A stretch of DNA of 30,204 nucleotides from an uncultured Methanosarcinales archaeon (GCA_964419615.1 CAYQPU010000020.1:1-30204), one strand, 5' to 3'. Shown: positions 8,215 through 17,362, numbered from the stretch's first letter. The notes: generated by a model from the sequence alone, not told the origin. Numbers and translations: made by a program.

Positions 8215-9339
8215 ATGATCCAGTTATCTGAACTCAAAGCTGTGGAAGATGTATTTTTCAGAATTGGCTTAAAATACAACAAATCCAGCTTGTATCCTTT
8301 TATTGAAAAGAATTTTAGTGAAGATAAATTTTTTGATGAAGAGAGCCAGAAAAAAATATTAAAAATCCTTGAAAATTCTAAGGATAATCTAGCTCATAAC
8401 GTTCTATTGAATATGGACATTTCCAGAATCAATGAGCATGTGAAACAATGTAAGTTTGATGATAAATTCTGGATTGAGAAACTGCCACAAATTAGGCAAA
8501 AAATTCAGAAGCATCTTAAAATGAAATTTAAAGTGAGGGATATTTGCTTCTGTGATTCTTTTCCAGACCAATATAAAAACTATGAAGTAAGAGGGGCATC
8601 AACAATTACCATATTTGAAAATCAAAAAAATCCAGGGATTCATTTTCTCAATAAAAGGATTGACAACACTTCAACTGGAATACATATAATTCATGAGGAG
8701 ATACATACTTGTTTATCTCAAAATAAAAATAAGGACCAAATGTTCATGGAGTGGTTTGAAGAAGGATTAGCGATAATTTATTCAATAATTATTTACTATG
8801 AATTATCAAAGGATATTGATACTTTGAATGCCTACAGAACAAGAAGTTATATTTTTAGTAAAGTAAAACCTGAATGGGATTACACAAAAAGGTATTTTGA
8901 GTATATGAAGATTATTTCAAGAATCTTTCTACAGGGTGGAATTGAATTACTAGATAACTTAAAAGTGGAGTATTTGAAAGGAAATAGAGAAAAAATAAAC
9001 TCCTATCTAAGAAACATTAGAAATAATACACTCAATATTAAATATACACCGAAAAATGAAATTGAGAATTTTATTGCCACTTTTTCAAATATTTTGGAAC
9101 CAGAACAAATTACTCCCTTGGAGTATGTTATCGTTGAATGTATTAAAAAGAAACCAAAATCCATTGAACAGATCTCTAAAGAAATCAATGCCCCAATAGA
9201 TGTGACTAAGAACGCACTAAACAGGTTATTCGTTAAGGGTATTTGTATTGTTGTTAAGGATAATAAGATAGATATTATCTGGAGGAAAAAAGATTTGTTT
9301 AACGAAGAATTAATTAAACCAATGTTTCCAATAGGTTAG
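8215..9339 (+). CDS. Putative zinc metallopeptidase (HEXXH) with C-terminal winged HTH
   Basis: HEEIH followed 14 residues later by WFEEGLA (gluzincin-like third ligand). C-terminal KPKSIEQISKEINAPIDVTKNALNRLFVKGIC is HTH-like. Confidence 0.6.
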   Translation: MIQLSELKAVEDVFFRIGLKYNKSSLYPFIEKNFSEDKFFDEESQKKILKILENSKDNLAHNVLLNMDISRINEHVKQCKFDDKFWIEKLPQIRQKIQKHLKMKFKVRDICFCDSFPDQYKNYEVRGASTITIFENQKNPGIHFLNKRIDNTSTGIHIIHEEIHTCLSQNKNKDQMFMEWFEEGLAIIYSIIIYYELSKDIDTLNAYRTRSYIFSKVKPEWDYTKRYFEYMKIISRIFLQGGIELLDNLKVEYLKGNREKINSYLRNIRNNTLNIKYTPKNEIENFIATFSNILEPEQITPLEYVIVECIKKKPKSIEQISKEINAPIDVTKNALNRLFVKGICIVVKDNKIDIIWRKKDLFNEELIKPMFPIG

Positions 9340-9342
9340 AAA

Positions 9343-9417
9343 ATGAAAATATCGAAATTGCATAAAGAGGATATAAAAGATTTATCAATCTTGATGCTTG
9401 AATTATACAAAAAGTGG
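9343..9417 (+). pseudogene. N-terminal fragment of a GNAT acetyltransferase
   Basis: MKISKLHKEDIKDLSILMLELY is a typical GNAT start; the frame then runs into unrelated sequence. The endpoint is approximate. Confidence 0.5.
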
Positions 9418-9616
9418 GTTTATTTCATCAACAATAGGGGGAGTAGTAGGAAACATTTCTGGTTCAATTGTTGCAGGAGAAGCTGTGGTCGGAACAGTGA
9501 TTGGTGCAGCAACTGGATATGGATTATCTGGTGTTTGCAGAAAGATTTGGAAATTTACTGGCCCTAATAAATGGATTTTTTTGTTAACTGATTGTAAGCC
9601 ATACGGTTCAATATGA
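9398..9616 (+). pseudogene. Glycine-zipper membrane protein fragment or small ORF
   Basis: IGGVVGNISGSIVAGEAVVGTVIGAATGYGLSG GxxxG repeats. The only start is a TTG inside the GNAT fragment. Confidence 0.45.
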
Positions 9617-9709
9617 ATTAATACCTATTTGGGTTTTTTTGTGATGTTTAACCAATAAAACTCTCTAATAACTTTGATATTCTCTGGCAAAGTCTCTTCA
9701 ATCTTGGGA

Positions 9710-9868
9710 TCAAGTTTTGTTAATTCCATTGTCATTATCAGCTCGCACACTATATGAGATAATCTCTCTAAGCAAAGAGCTCATTGTAGTTCTGTTGTGT
9801 AGGGCATATAACTTCAGCTTATAATAGAGGTCATCATCCAAATCTAAGGAGATCTTCTGCTTGGTCAT
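9710..9868 (-). CDS. Ribbon-helix-helix (CopG-like) regulator, 52 aa; not in the ORF track
   Basis: Manual translation MTKQKISLDLDDDLYYKLKLYALHNRTTMSSLLREIISYSVRADNDNGINKT*; alternating beta strand, then L..L...A......MS.LLRE.I. Confidence 0.8.
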   Translation of the reverse strand: MTKQKISLDLDDDLYYKLKLYALHNRTTMSSLLREIISYSVRADNDNGINKT

Positions 9869-9911
9869 AATATATGTTTAATTATTACTCATTTATAAAG
9901 TGTAATGGGGT

Positions 9912-9923
9912 ATTGTATAAGTT
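9912..9923 (-). promoter_or_regulatory. Element-specific motif, copy 3 of 4
   Basis: ATTGTATAAGTT is the exact reverse complement of 5324-5335; lies in the divergent promoter region between the RHH gene and the 297-aa gene. Confidence 0.55.
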
Positions 9924-10021
9924 GTATATTTCTGTCACAAGGTCGTTGTGAAAAACTAAGTATTTGTCGAGGGTAAAACCGTTAAATTTATATGTAAATA
10001 ATATTTATATATTTACTGGAT

Positions 10022-10034
10022 TTGTATAAGTTAA
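10022..10034 (-). promoter_or_regulatory. Element-specific motif, copy 4 of 4
   Basis: TTGTATAAGTTAA is the exact reverse complement of 5322-5334; ends 1 nt before the ATG at 10036. Confidence 0.55.
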
Positions 10035-10035
10035 T

Positions 10036-10929
10036 ATGTCAATCAGTAAAAGAATGTTGGATAGTGAAGCATATGGTAAACTGTTGGTAAATCTGGGATT
10101 CATTGGGAAAAGCACTTTTTATCGTGCGGATATGCTGCAATATAAGATAAAGGAAGTCACTTGGTCCCGTAGGCTCAGACCCAAGCTCAAAGCTCTTAAA
10201 CTTATTAAACATAAAGATGTTAAAGGGGGTAGACTTCAGATCCAGTTTAATTTGTTAGCTTACGATTACTTCATGGCAGAACAGTTCATTAATTTCTTAA
10301 GTCAGAGAATAGTCAATGAGATTGAGCTGGAGATTGGACAGTATTTTAAAGCAATTATTAGCTCCAAAACCAAGAGAAAAAAGCTGGTCATTCCAAAAAA
10401 CAAAGTACCCGATGCCGAGATTATCTTTTTCAAAATATTAGAGCATCTGGCATATGCTAAAGATGTACCAAAGGAGATGGAAACTGATAAGATGCTGGTG
10501 TATAGGTGGTGGCAGTCAAAATGGTCTGAAAAAGATCAAGGATTTTGGGCTTATTATGATGTTGTTGAAAGAATCCGAGAGAAAACTGGAAGCATTTACG
10601 TGGCACGAAGAGAATTGTTATTTAAAATCCATAAGGAGTTTATTGCCGGCTGTAAAGAAAATCTAAAAAAAATGGGATTAGACACAATAACCTCAATACA
10701 AAAAACATATTTTTTAGAAATTGCAGAAGACTGGAAGCAAAAGGAAAGATACTCAGTTTATGAAGTATTTTGGGAGATGCTTAGAAGAATGGCACCTTTG
10801 TACAAACATAAGGCTAAATCCAGCACTAATAAAGCATATGAACTTTATATATACGAGTTAGCTTGGATGTATGATGTACTAGTAGTGGCAAAATATGGAA
10901 AAAATGAAATCGCGAAAGCGGGAGGCTAA
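10036..10929 (+). CDS. Hypothetical protein, possible N-terminal winged HTH
   Basis: 297-aa ORF, the last gene before attR. The N-terminus has a basic helix-helix-strand pattern (WSRRLRPKLKALKLIKHKDVKGGRLQIQFN). Confidence 0.7.
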   Translation: MSISKRMLDSEAYGKLLVNLGFIGKSTFYRADMLQYKIKEVTWSRRLRPKLKALKLIKHKDVKGGRLQIQFNLLAYDYFMAEQFINFLSQRIVNEIELEIGQYFKAIISSKTKRKKLVIPKNKVPDAEIIFFKILEHLAYAKDVPKEMETDKMLVYRWWQSKWSEKDQGFWAYYDVVERIREKTGSIYVARRELLFKIHKEFIAGCKENLKKMGLDTITSIQKTYFLEIAEDWKQKERYSVYEVFWEMLRRMAPLYKHKAKSSTNKAYELYIYELAWMYDVLVVAKYGKNEIAKAGG

Positions 10930-10969
10930 ATGGAGAAAACAATAAACATTAAATGCAAGGTTAAAAGTA

Positions 10970-10982
10970 CTCCGGAGGCTTT
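10970..10982 (+). repeat. attR
   Basis: CTCCGGAGGCTTT, identical to the tRNA-Thr 3' end. Confidence 0.85.
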
Positions 10983-11148
10983 ATTCTAAAATAGAAAACC
11001 ATCCATATTTGCACAGCTATTTGATTGATATATAACATTTTTTAACAAAATTATTATATCTCTTTACAAAACATATTAGCAAGCCGCGCACTGATGTGTT
11101 GGGGAAGAAGCTCAATTCGTTGATTAAAACAATATCTGGTGGTATAAA

Positions 11149-11460
11149 ATGAAACAACAAAAAATGTTCTTAACATCAATAACAACAACAAAAATTCTGG
11201 ATTTGGTAACACAATCATTTAAACTATTACCTGGAAAAACCAAAGTGGCATTTATCCCAACAGCAGCAAAACCATATGAAAATAAAGAGTTTGTTGAAGA
11301 AGATAAAGAGAATTGGATTAAAGCAGGATATCAGTTTGTTGAAGTTTATCTTGAAAATAAAAATGAGGAGCAGCTTTATGAAGAGTTAAAAAATTATGAT
11401 ATTATTTACTGTTCTGGTGGAAACACATTCTATCTTCTACAAGAGGTACTAAGTACCTAG
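11149..11460 (+). pseudogene. Truncated peptidase E (family S51)
   Basis: KVAFIPTAA and DIIYCSGGNTFYLLQE are present, but the ORF stops before the catalytic G-x-S-A-G and His. Confidence 0.75.
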
Positions 11461-11577
11461 ATTTTTCTGAAAATTTTCCGAAATTCAGTTCCTCTATGAA
11501 TTACTTCCCTTAGTTTGGGGCTGTCATTTTGAATCCAACAGACTCCGATGTGAATAAACAGACAATAGTTTCTCCAT

Positions 11578-12330
11578 TTAACTTGGACAATATTTTTTTG
11601 ATTTCTTACTAAAAATATTATTTACTTGATTGTATGATTCAACCGAACCTATTTCATATTGATTTTGGATTTCAAATACAAAAATATCTTGTTTTTTGTG
11701 GAGCCATTCTACAAAACTTCCTGGTGCATCAGGATTATTGCCTTGATCAAGGTATTCTTTTATTAGTTTTAATGATGATTTTGGGTAAATGTAAAATGGA
11801 GGACAAGCCAAAGTCGATTTTGGTTCTTTTGGTTTTTCCTCAAAATCAATTATTTTATTTTTATCATTCATTAACACACAACCTTTTTTTTTAGCAATTA
11901 ATTTTTTATCTTCAATATCATATGCTGCCATAATCGGTGCTTGTTTTTCTTCAAAGAATTTTATAAATTTCATAAGATTAAATGATACCAGGTTATCTCC
12001 TGCCAGCACGATAATGTCATCATCTATGTTTGCAGATTCAATTGCAAATCTAAGATCACCAATAGCACCAAGTCTTTTTTCTTCTGAATTTGTTTTGTCA
12101 TCAATTATGTTTACACACTGGTTACAAGATCCTGCCCAAATTTTAAAATGAGGGTAAAATTTTGAGTTTGTTATTATGTTGATTTTATCAACTTTTCCTG
12201 TTGCTTCTAGTGCTTCTATTAGGTGAGTTGAGATTTCTTTCCTAGCTACTGTTAAAAGAGGTTTTGGAAAGTTGACTGTTATTGGATATAGTCTTGTTGC
12301 GTATCCTGCACAAAGAATTATTGCTTGCAT
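11578..12330 (-). CDS. Sugar-phosphate nucleotidyltransferase (NTP_transferase family)
   Basis: AIILCAGYATRLYPIT...PKPLL, LAGDN, FEEKPKEPKS. Confidence 0.92.
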   Translation of the reverse strand: MQAIILCAGYATRLYPITVNFPKPLLTVARKEISTHLIEALEATGKVDKINIITNSKFYPHFKIWAGSCNQCVNIIDDKTNSEEKRLGAIGDLRFAIESANIDDDIIVLAGDNLVSFNLMKFIKFFEEKQAPIMAAYDIEDKKLIAKKKGCVLMNDKNKIIDFEEKPKEPKSTLACPPFYIYPKSSLKLIKEYLDQGNNPDAPGSFVEWLHKKQDIFVFEIQNQYEIGSVESYNQVNNIFSKKSKKYCPS

Positions 12331-12379
12331 ATGACTGAAACATTTAAATAAGAACTATATAAATTTTATTATGTGTATA

Positions 12380-13393
12380 TTACAACATTACCCTATCTAT
12401 AAAATCAGGTGTCATGAATCTATGTTCAATTGCACCAAGTTCATAGTCTGTTCCAGATGTTTTTCCAAGAGTTTTTAATCCTCTTTCAATTTTAATTAAT
12501 GGAAAATAATCTGTCCAATCTTTTATTTCTGTATTTTCACTAATTTGAAGGGCAAGTAGATAATTTTCCACTGCTTTCTCATCTTCTTGTAATAATAAGT
12601 AACTATCACCCAGATTTGCATATGGTCTATTTGATTCTGGTTTAATGTGACTAGCAAGGATTGAGTGATGCACTGCTTGTTCATAGTCTCCTGTATTATT
12701 TAGACAAGCTCCAAGATTTATGTGAATAGAATATCTAATTTTATCATCCTCAGTTAAGTCTAAAGCTGTATTTAGAAATTCCAACGCCTCCTGGTCCCTA
12801 TTTTGCATCATCAATATAAAAGCTCGGTTGTTATAAAGTCTTGATTGCAGATCTTCATCAAGATCATCTTTTAATTCAAGTGCTTTTGTAGATGCTTCAA
12901 TTGCTAGATCAAATTCACTTATACTAACATAAAAGTTTGATATGCAAAGCATAGGATAAGCTTCTTTTGCATGATAGAATGCCTCTTTTACATGATGAAA
13001 AGCTAATTCATTTTCATTAGTTTGGAACAAAGCTTTTGCGTAACCAAAGTTTGCATGATAACTCTGATCATCAAGTTCAACTGCTTTTTTGCAGAATGCC
13101 ACTGCTTCCTCTAATCTATCTGTCTCCAGCATTAGATATCCATATGCAGAGTATAGTGTAGCATCTTCTGGATTTTGTTGAATCCCCTTTTTTAATAGTC
13201 TTTCTGCTTTCTTGTATTTACCTAGCCCTATTAATGATCCTGCTCTTGCTTGGCAAACGTAGGGATGATTTATTAAAAACCAAGGAATCCATATTGAAAG
13301 AGCTTTCTTATAGTTTCCTTGATTATATTCTGTGATTAGTTTGTCAACTAAATTGGAGACGTACATACCGGCTTTATCAGATAGTTTTGTCAA
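12380..13393 (-). CDS. Tetratricopeptide repeat protein
   Basis: Several 34-aa TPR units (e.g. ATLYSAYGYLMLETDRLEEAVAFCKKAVELD, YANLGDSYLLLQEDEKAVENYLLALQI). Confidence 0.9.
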   Translation of the reverse strand: MTKLSDKAGMYVSNLVDKLITEYNQGNYKKALSIWIPWFLINHPYVCQARAGSLIGLGKYKKAERLLKKGIQQNPEDATLYSAYGYLMLETDRLEEAVAFCKKAVELDDQSYHANFGYAKALFQTNENELAFHHVKEAFYHAKEAYPMLCISNFYVSISEFDLAIEASTKALELKDDLDEDLQSRLYNNRAFILMMQNRDQEALEFLNTALDLTEDDKIRYSIHINLGACLNNTGDYEQAVHHSILASHIKPESNRPYANLGDSYLLLQEDEKAVENYLLALQISENTEIKDWTDYFPLIKIERGLKTLGKTSGTDYELGAIEHRFMTPDFIDRVML

Positions 13394-13514
13394 CTTAGAT
13401 AAAGAGAATCTTTATAATTATTTAAGCTTTGTCATCACTTTTGGATAATCTTAAAAAAGAATATTCGATTAAAATTAATATCATTTTTTAAAGGATAGTG
13501 CTTTTCTATTTTTA

Positions 13515-15596
13515 ATGAAAAAAGAGCTTGACTATATCCATGTTCTTAAAGCAGTAAAAGAACTTCCATTTAGTGTTGGAAAGGAATTATTGTTTAGTGT
13601 TCTGTCAGGAAGTAATTCTGCGGAATCTGTATTTAAAAATAAGCTTAACAAACTGTCCTCTTTTGGAACTCTTGCATATAGTAAAGAAGAGGTTTATAAT
13701 TTGATTGATAGATTGATACAGAATCATATGCTTGAGCATAGGTCCTATTCTAATAAAGGTTGGAAAGTTCTTGAGTTAACTGACAAAGGTAAGAACGAGA
13801 TTAAAGACCCAACTTTTTATAAAAATCAAATCAAATTCAAGTCTGCCAAAGTTACAACTGAAGATCGGGAAGTCTTTGATCTTTTTGGACCAGCTTTGGA
13901 AGGGTTAAATGATGAACAAAAAAAGGCTTTGATTAGTACAAACAAAAAAATCCTTTGCATTGCTGGTGCTGGTTCAGGTAAGACATTGGTGCTTACAAAG
14001 AGAATTAAATTCTTGATCCAATATAGGTCAGTTGATCCTGAAAAGATTTTGGCAATTACATTCACAAGAAAAGCAAGACAAGAAATGATGTCACGACTTA
14101 TTGGTTTTCCAGTTAAGGTTGAGACTTTTAATTCTTTTTGTGAAAGAATTCTAAGAGAGAACGAAGAGTTATTGTATGATAAGAAACAAGAAGTTTTGAA
14201 TTATAGGAAGAAATACCAATTAATTGCTTTTGCATTAAGTAATTTTGATATAGACATAGGTACTGCTTTAGATACATACTTTTCAAGGGGAAGAAAAAGT
14301 TCAAAAACTGAGGAAGAATTGATTTCAATTTTTGTGCATGATTGTTTTTTTATTAGAGATTATTTTAAGACTAAAAATAAACCTATTGAGGATTTTTCTA
14401 TTGATGCTTCTGTTAAAAACAAAAATAGTGCAAGGATGATGTTTAAGATTTGCAGGTTTATTGATGAGCAAATGAAAGAGGAAGGATTGCGAGATTTTAC
14501 TGACCAAGTTGTTGATGCAATCAATTTGTTTAGTAAATTCCCTGATAAGATTCCTAAGTTTGACCACATTCTTGTTGATGAGTACCAGGATGTTAATTCA
14601 TTGCAGGTTGAGTTTTTAGACTGGCTCAAGGCAAAGAATTTGTTTTGTGTTGGTGATCCAAGACAGTCAATTTTTGGGTGGAGAGGTTCAGATATTCAGT
14701 ATATTTGTGATTTTGATAAAAAGTATCCGGATTGCCAGATTATTTCCTTAACAACTAATTATAGATCTAATAAGCATATTGTCAAGCTTGCAAATAGAGC
14801 TATTATGCATATGGATCTTCCGGATTTGATTGCTGATAAGGAAGGTGAAAAGAATATTCAACTTCATAGTTTTTCAACAGAAGATGAAGAGTATGGTTTT
14901 ATTGCAAAAAAAATCAAAGATTCAGGAATTCCTAATCATGAGATTTTTGTATTGGCACGGACAAATAGACAGCTAAAAGAATTATCTTATTTGTTTTCAA
15001 CTAGAGGAATTAGACATGTTGTTAGAAGTGATGAGTTAAGAAAATTAGTTTTGGCACAAAAAGGACAGGTCACTTTGTCAACGATCCATGCAATTAAGGG
15101 TATGGAAGCGGAATGCGTTTTTGTTGTGGGATGTACTCCTTCAAATTTTCCTTGTCGAGCTTCTGAGCATCCTGTTGTTGAATTAATTAAAGTTGAAGAG
15201 TATGACAAGTATGATGAGGAAAGAAGATTGTTTTATGTTGCGCTGAGTAGAGCAAAAAGTCAACTTGTTTTGAGTTATTCAGGGAATTCTCCTACTTATT
15301 TTCTTTCAAAAGATATTCTTAGCCTAATGGATGAAAAACAAACTAGATTAGCTCCTCTTGCATCTAGTTCCCATGATTCTCAAAAATTATTTTCACAGCT
15401 TAGGAGCTGGAGGCTTGAACTGAGCAGAGACTATGATGTTGCTCCTTATAAGATTCTAACAGATAAGACTCTTTTGGAGATTGTTCAGGCTAAACCTATG
15501 ACTCGTATGGAATTAAGAGGAATTAGTGGTATAGGACCTGTTAAGATAAATAGATATGGCAGAGCTATTTTGGATATTGTGGCTAATCATATCTAA
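13515..15596 (+). CDS. UvrD/Rep-family SF1A helicase with N-terminal RQC and C-terminal HRDC domains
   Basis: GAGSGKT, TFTRKA, VDEYQD, VGDPRQSIFGWRG, NYRS, TIHAIKGME, EERRLFYVALSRAK. The N-terminus matches an RQC pattern (GK.LL..VL.GS...KLSSFG.L...LTDKG) and the C-terminus an HRDC pattern (LRSWR...VAPYKILTDKTL...ISGIGPVKI.RYG). Confidence 0.9.
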   Translation: MKKELDYIHVLKAVKELPFSVGKELLFSVLSGSNSAESVFKNKLNKLSSFGTLAYSKEEVYNLIDRLIQNHMLEHRSYSNKGWKVLELTDKGKNEIKDPTFYKNQIKFKSAKVTTEDREVFDLFGPALEGLNDEQKKALISTNKKILCIAGAGSGKTLVLTKRIKFLIQYRSVDPEKILAITFTRKARQEMMSRLIGFPVKVETFNSFCERILRENEELLYDKKQEVLNYRKKYQLIAFALSNFDIDIGTALDTYFSRGRKSSKTEEELISIFVHDCFFIRDYFKTKNKPIEDFSIDASVKNKNSARMMFKICRFIDEQMKEEGLRDFTDQVVDAINLFSKFPDKIPKFDHILVDEYQDVNSLQVEFLDWLKAKNLFCVGDPRQSIFGWRGSDIQYICDFDKKYPDCQIISLTTNYRSNKHIVKLANRAIMHMDLPDLIADKEGEKNIQLHSFSTEDEEYGFIAKKIKDSGIPNHEIFVLARTNRQLKELSYLFSTRGIRHVVRSDELRKLVLAQKGQVTLSTIHAIKGMEAECVFVVGCTPSNFPCRASEHPVVELIKVEEYDKYDEERRLFYVALSRAKSQLVLSYSGNSPTYFLSKDILSLMDEKQTRLAPLASSSHDSQKLFSQLRSWRLELSRDYDVAPYKILTDKTLLEIVQAKPMTRMELRGISGIGPVKINRYGRAILDIVANHI

Positions 15597-15688
15597 TATT
15601 GTGTTTTAAAGGTTTAGAAAGCGAAATCTTATTAAATGTATGGGGGTTTTTGACTCCTTCAGAGAGGTAAACAAACTAAACTAAGAAA

Positions 15689-17362
15689 ATGGTCCAACCA
15701 CTATCTGATTTTTTAACACCAAGTGAGATGCGTTCCTCAGATGCAAATATCCAGCGTATAATTCTTGAAAAATATTCGGGTATAAAAAGATCCCAAGCTG
15801 CATTAGCCTATGCACATACACTGAATTACAGAATTGCTTGGGGACTTGAGAGCTTGTTAGCTATGTCGGTTCATCCAGATGCAAAAATGGCTCCAAAAGA
15901 ATGGGCTCCTGCCATGGGCTCTCTTGAAGCTTCCACATATTATAGCCATATTGGTGCATCTTGTGAGTTTGATAAAGTTCCTATTAAATGGGTGACAAAG
16001 TGGATTAATGAAGAGACAAATAGAGTGTTAAGACTTGGAAAAATTTGTAGTTATAAATTACATCGTGCTAAAAATGACCCTCGTTTCTTGTTTGGGATAC
16101 CAGAATCTGACATCCATCATGGTCAAAAAGACTCAGATGCAGATGATATGTTTTCTAAGAAAAGAAAATTATATATTGATGATAGTGTGAATCCTAATAG
16201 CTTTTTCCAATGGTTTGAGGATCAACACGGATTACCAGATGATATCCAAAGCATTTTTGACCATGTATGCAAGCATGGAACTCAATTTTCTCAATCTGAG
16301 GTTGAGATTATGTGGGATTTTTATGCTGAAAATAGATTTTTTGGATCTGAAGAGTTATTAGGAGTTCAATTAATTGAAGATATCAGTGCAGCCTTTGGAA
16401 ATTTTTGGGATTGTTTACCTGATGACATTCAAAGATTATTAAATTCTACAGCCCAGACCACAATTATACAAGCAGAACCACTTGCATTAATCTATCATGA
16501 AAATCCAAGAAAACTGATCACTTCAATTTTTAGTAATGTTCCGGAATTAAGGTATGAAATTGACGAGGCAAGACTTGAAATTGAAGATGTTTATGGTGAT
16601 GGAATAAGCTTTGCAAAAAAATGTAATGCTGTTTTAAAGTACATTGAATTATATGAAGAAGTTATGGGTCATAGCAAACATTTGCTATCCAGACTTATTT
16701 TTCCAAGTAAAATATACAAGCATGGATGGATTTTGGGTCAAGAAGATCTAAATAATATAGCCAATGCTTATGAAAATCATGGGCATAAAACTGAACATGA
16801 TTTAATTATCAAAAAGGATGAATTTTTGAGAAGACGAAGAGCAAAAAACTGGAAAGAACTTAGAGAAGCTGGAGAGTTTTTAGCTCTGGGAAAACTAAGA
16901 TCACACGTTGTTTCAAATGTTCTAAATGGTGTATCTAATCTAACATATGCTGAACCCATGGAAAGAGTAATTACAGCCTTTGGTTTAGAATATTATAATA
17001 AAAATAGTGATAGGATATATGTTACTTTTGAAAGTGTAAAAAAGCATCTGAAGGAAAGAAGGGGTATGGATGATCCAGAAGAGATAGCTAGAGAAATATT
17101 TGGCAGACTTCACAGATTACTTCATATGAACGAGGAAGGAGTTGTAGATCCTAAAAATAATAAATTTACTGAAGTGTTAAAAGGAAAGTCTATAGGTTAT
17201 CAATTACCGGAATTTATGTTCGATGAGGTCCTAGAAAATGTAGAGCATCACTGTCAAGAATTTGGAATAACCAACGTGAACAAAGTTAAGTCACAATATA
17301 CCTCTGCAATGTACGAGTTTGAAGCGTTAGTCAACGAGGTCATAACAAAAAGAGCTTCTTAA
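15689..17362 (+). CDS. Hypothetical protein (557 aa)
   Basis: Long ORF with upstream GAGAGGT SD-like motif; no family recognised. Confidence 0.8.
   Translation: MVQPLSDFLTPSEMRSSDANIQRIILEKYSGIKRSQAALAYAHTLNYRIAWGLESLLAMSVHPDAKMAPKEWAPAMGSLEASTYYSHIGASCEFDKVPIKWVTKWINEETNRVLRLGKICSYKLHRAKNDPRFLFGIPESDIHHGQKDSDADDMFSKKRKLYIDDSVNPNSFFQWFEDQHGLPDDIQSIFDHVCKHGTQFSQSEVEIMWDFYAENRFFGSEELLGVQLIEDISAAFGNFWDCLPDDIQRLLNSTAQTTIIQAEPLALIYHENPRKLITSIFSNVPELRYEIDEARLEIEDVYGDGISFAKKCNAVLKYIELYEEVMGHSKHLLSRLIFPSKIYKHGWILGQEDLNNIANAYENHGHKTEHDLIIKKDEFLRRRRAKNWKELREAGEFLALGKLRSHVVSNVLNGVSNLTYAEPMERVITAFGLEYYNKNSDRIYVTFESVKKHLKERRGMDDPEEIAREIFGRLHRLLHMNEEGVVDPKNNKFTEVLKGKSIGYQLPEFMFDEVLENVEHHCQEFGITNVNKVKSQYTSAMYEFEALVNEVITKRAS

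Larger units (their letters stand above)
3998..10982. mobile_element. About 7-kb tRNA-Thr-integrated element (integrative plasmid or satellite-like)
   Basis: 13-bp direct repeat of the tRNA 3' end at both borders, integrase next to the tRNA, primase-type replication gene, RHH regulator and cargo. No capsid or conjugation genes recognised. Confidence 0.85.

Noticed and set aside
9625-9735. 36-aa minus-strand ORF overlapping the RHH gene end (MTMELTKLDPKIEE...)
   Set aside because: Too short and featureless to support as a gene or toxin.
11078-11135. GC-richer patch with TGATG and TTGA, a possible C/D sRNA
   Set aside because: The boxes are degenerate, there is no terminal stem and the spacing is not convincing.
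6651-11460. Integron cassette array (EamA, kinase, GNAT and peptidase in one orientation)
   Set aside because: No attC-type RYYYAAC...GTTRRRY palindromes were found between genes, and I see no IntI-specific insertion in the integrase.
8162-11463. 11-bp inverted match AATCTAGGTAC (8162-8172) and GTACCTAGATT (11453-11463)
   Set aside because: The second copy coincides with the peptidase E break, but 11-mers of this kind are expected by chance over several kb and there is no other support for an inversion.
17-15652. 13-bp match ATGGGGGTTTTTG at 17-29 (minus) and 15640-15652 (plus)
   Set aside because: A low-complexity G-run plus T-run, resembling SD-like or intergenic sequence; no other shared context.
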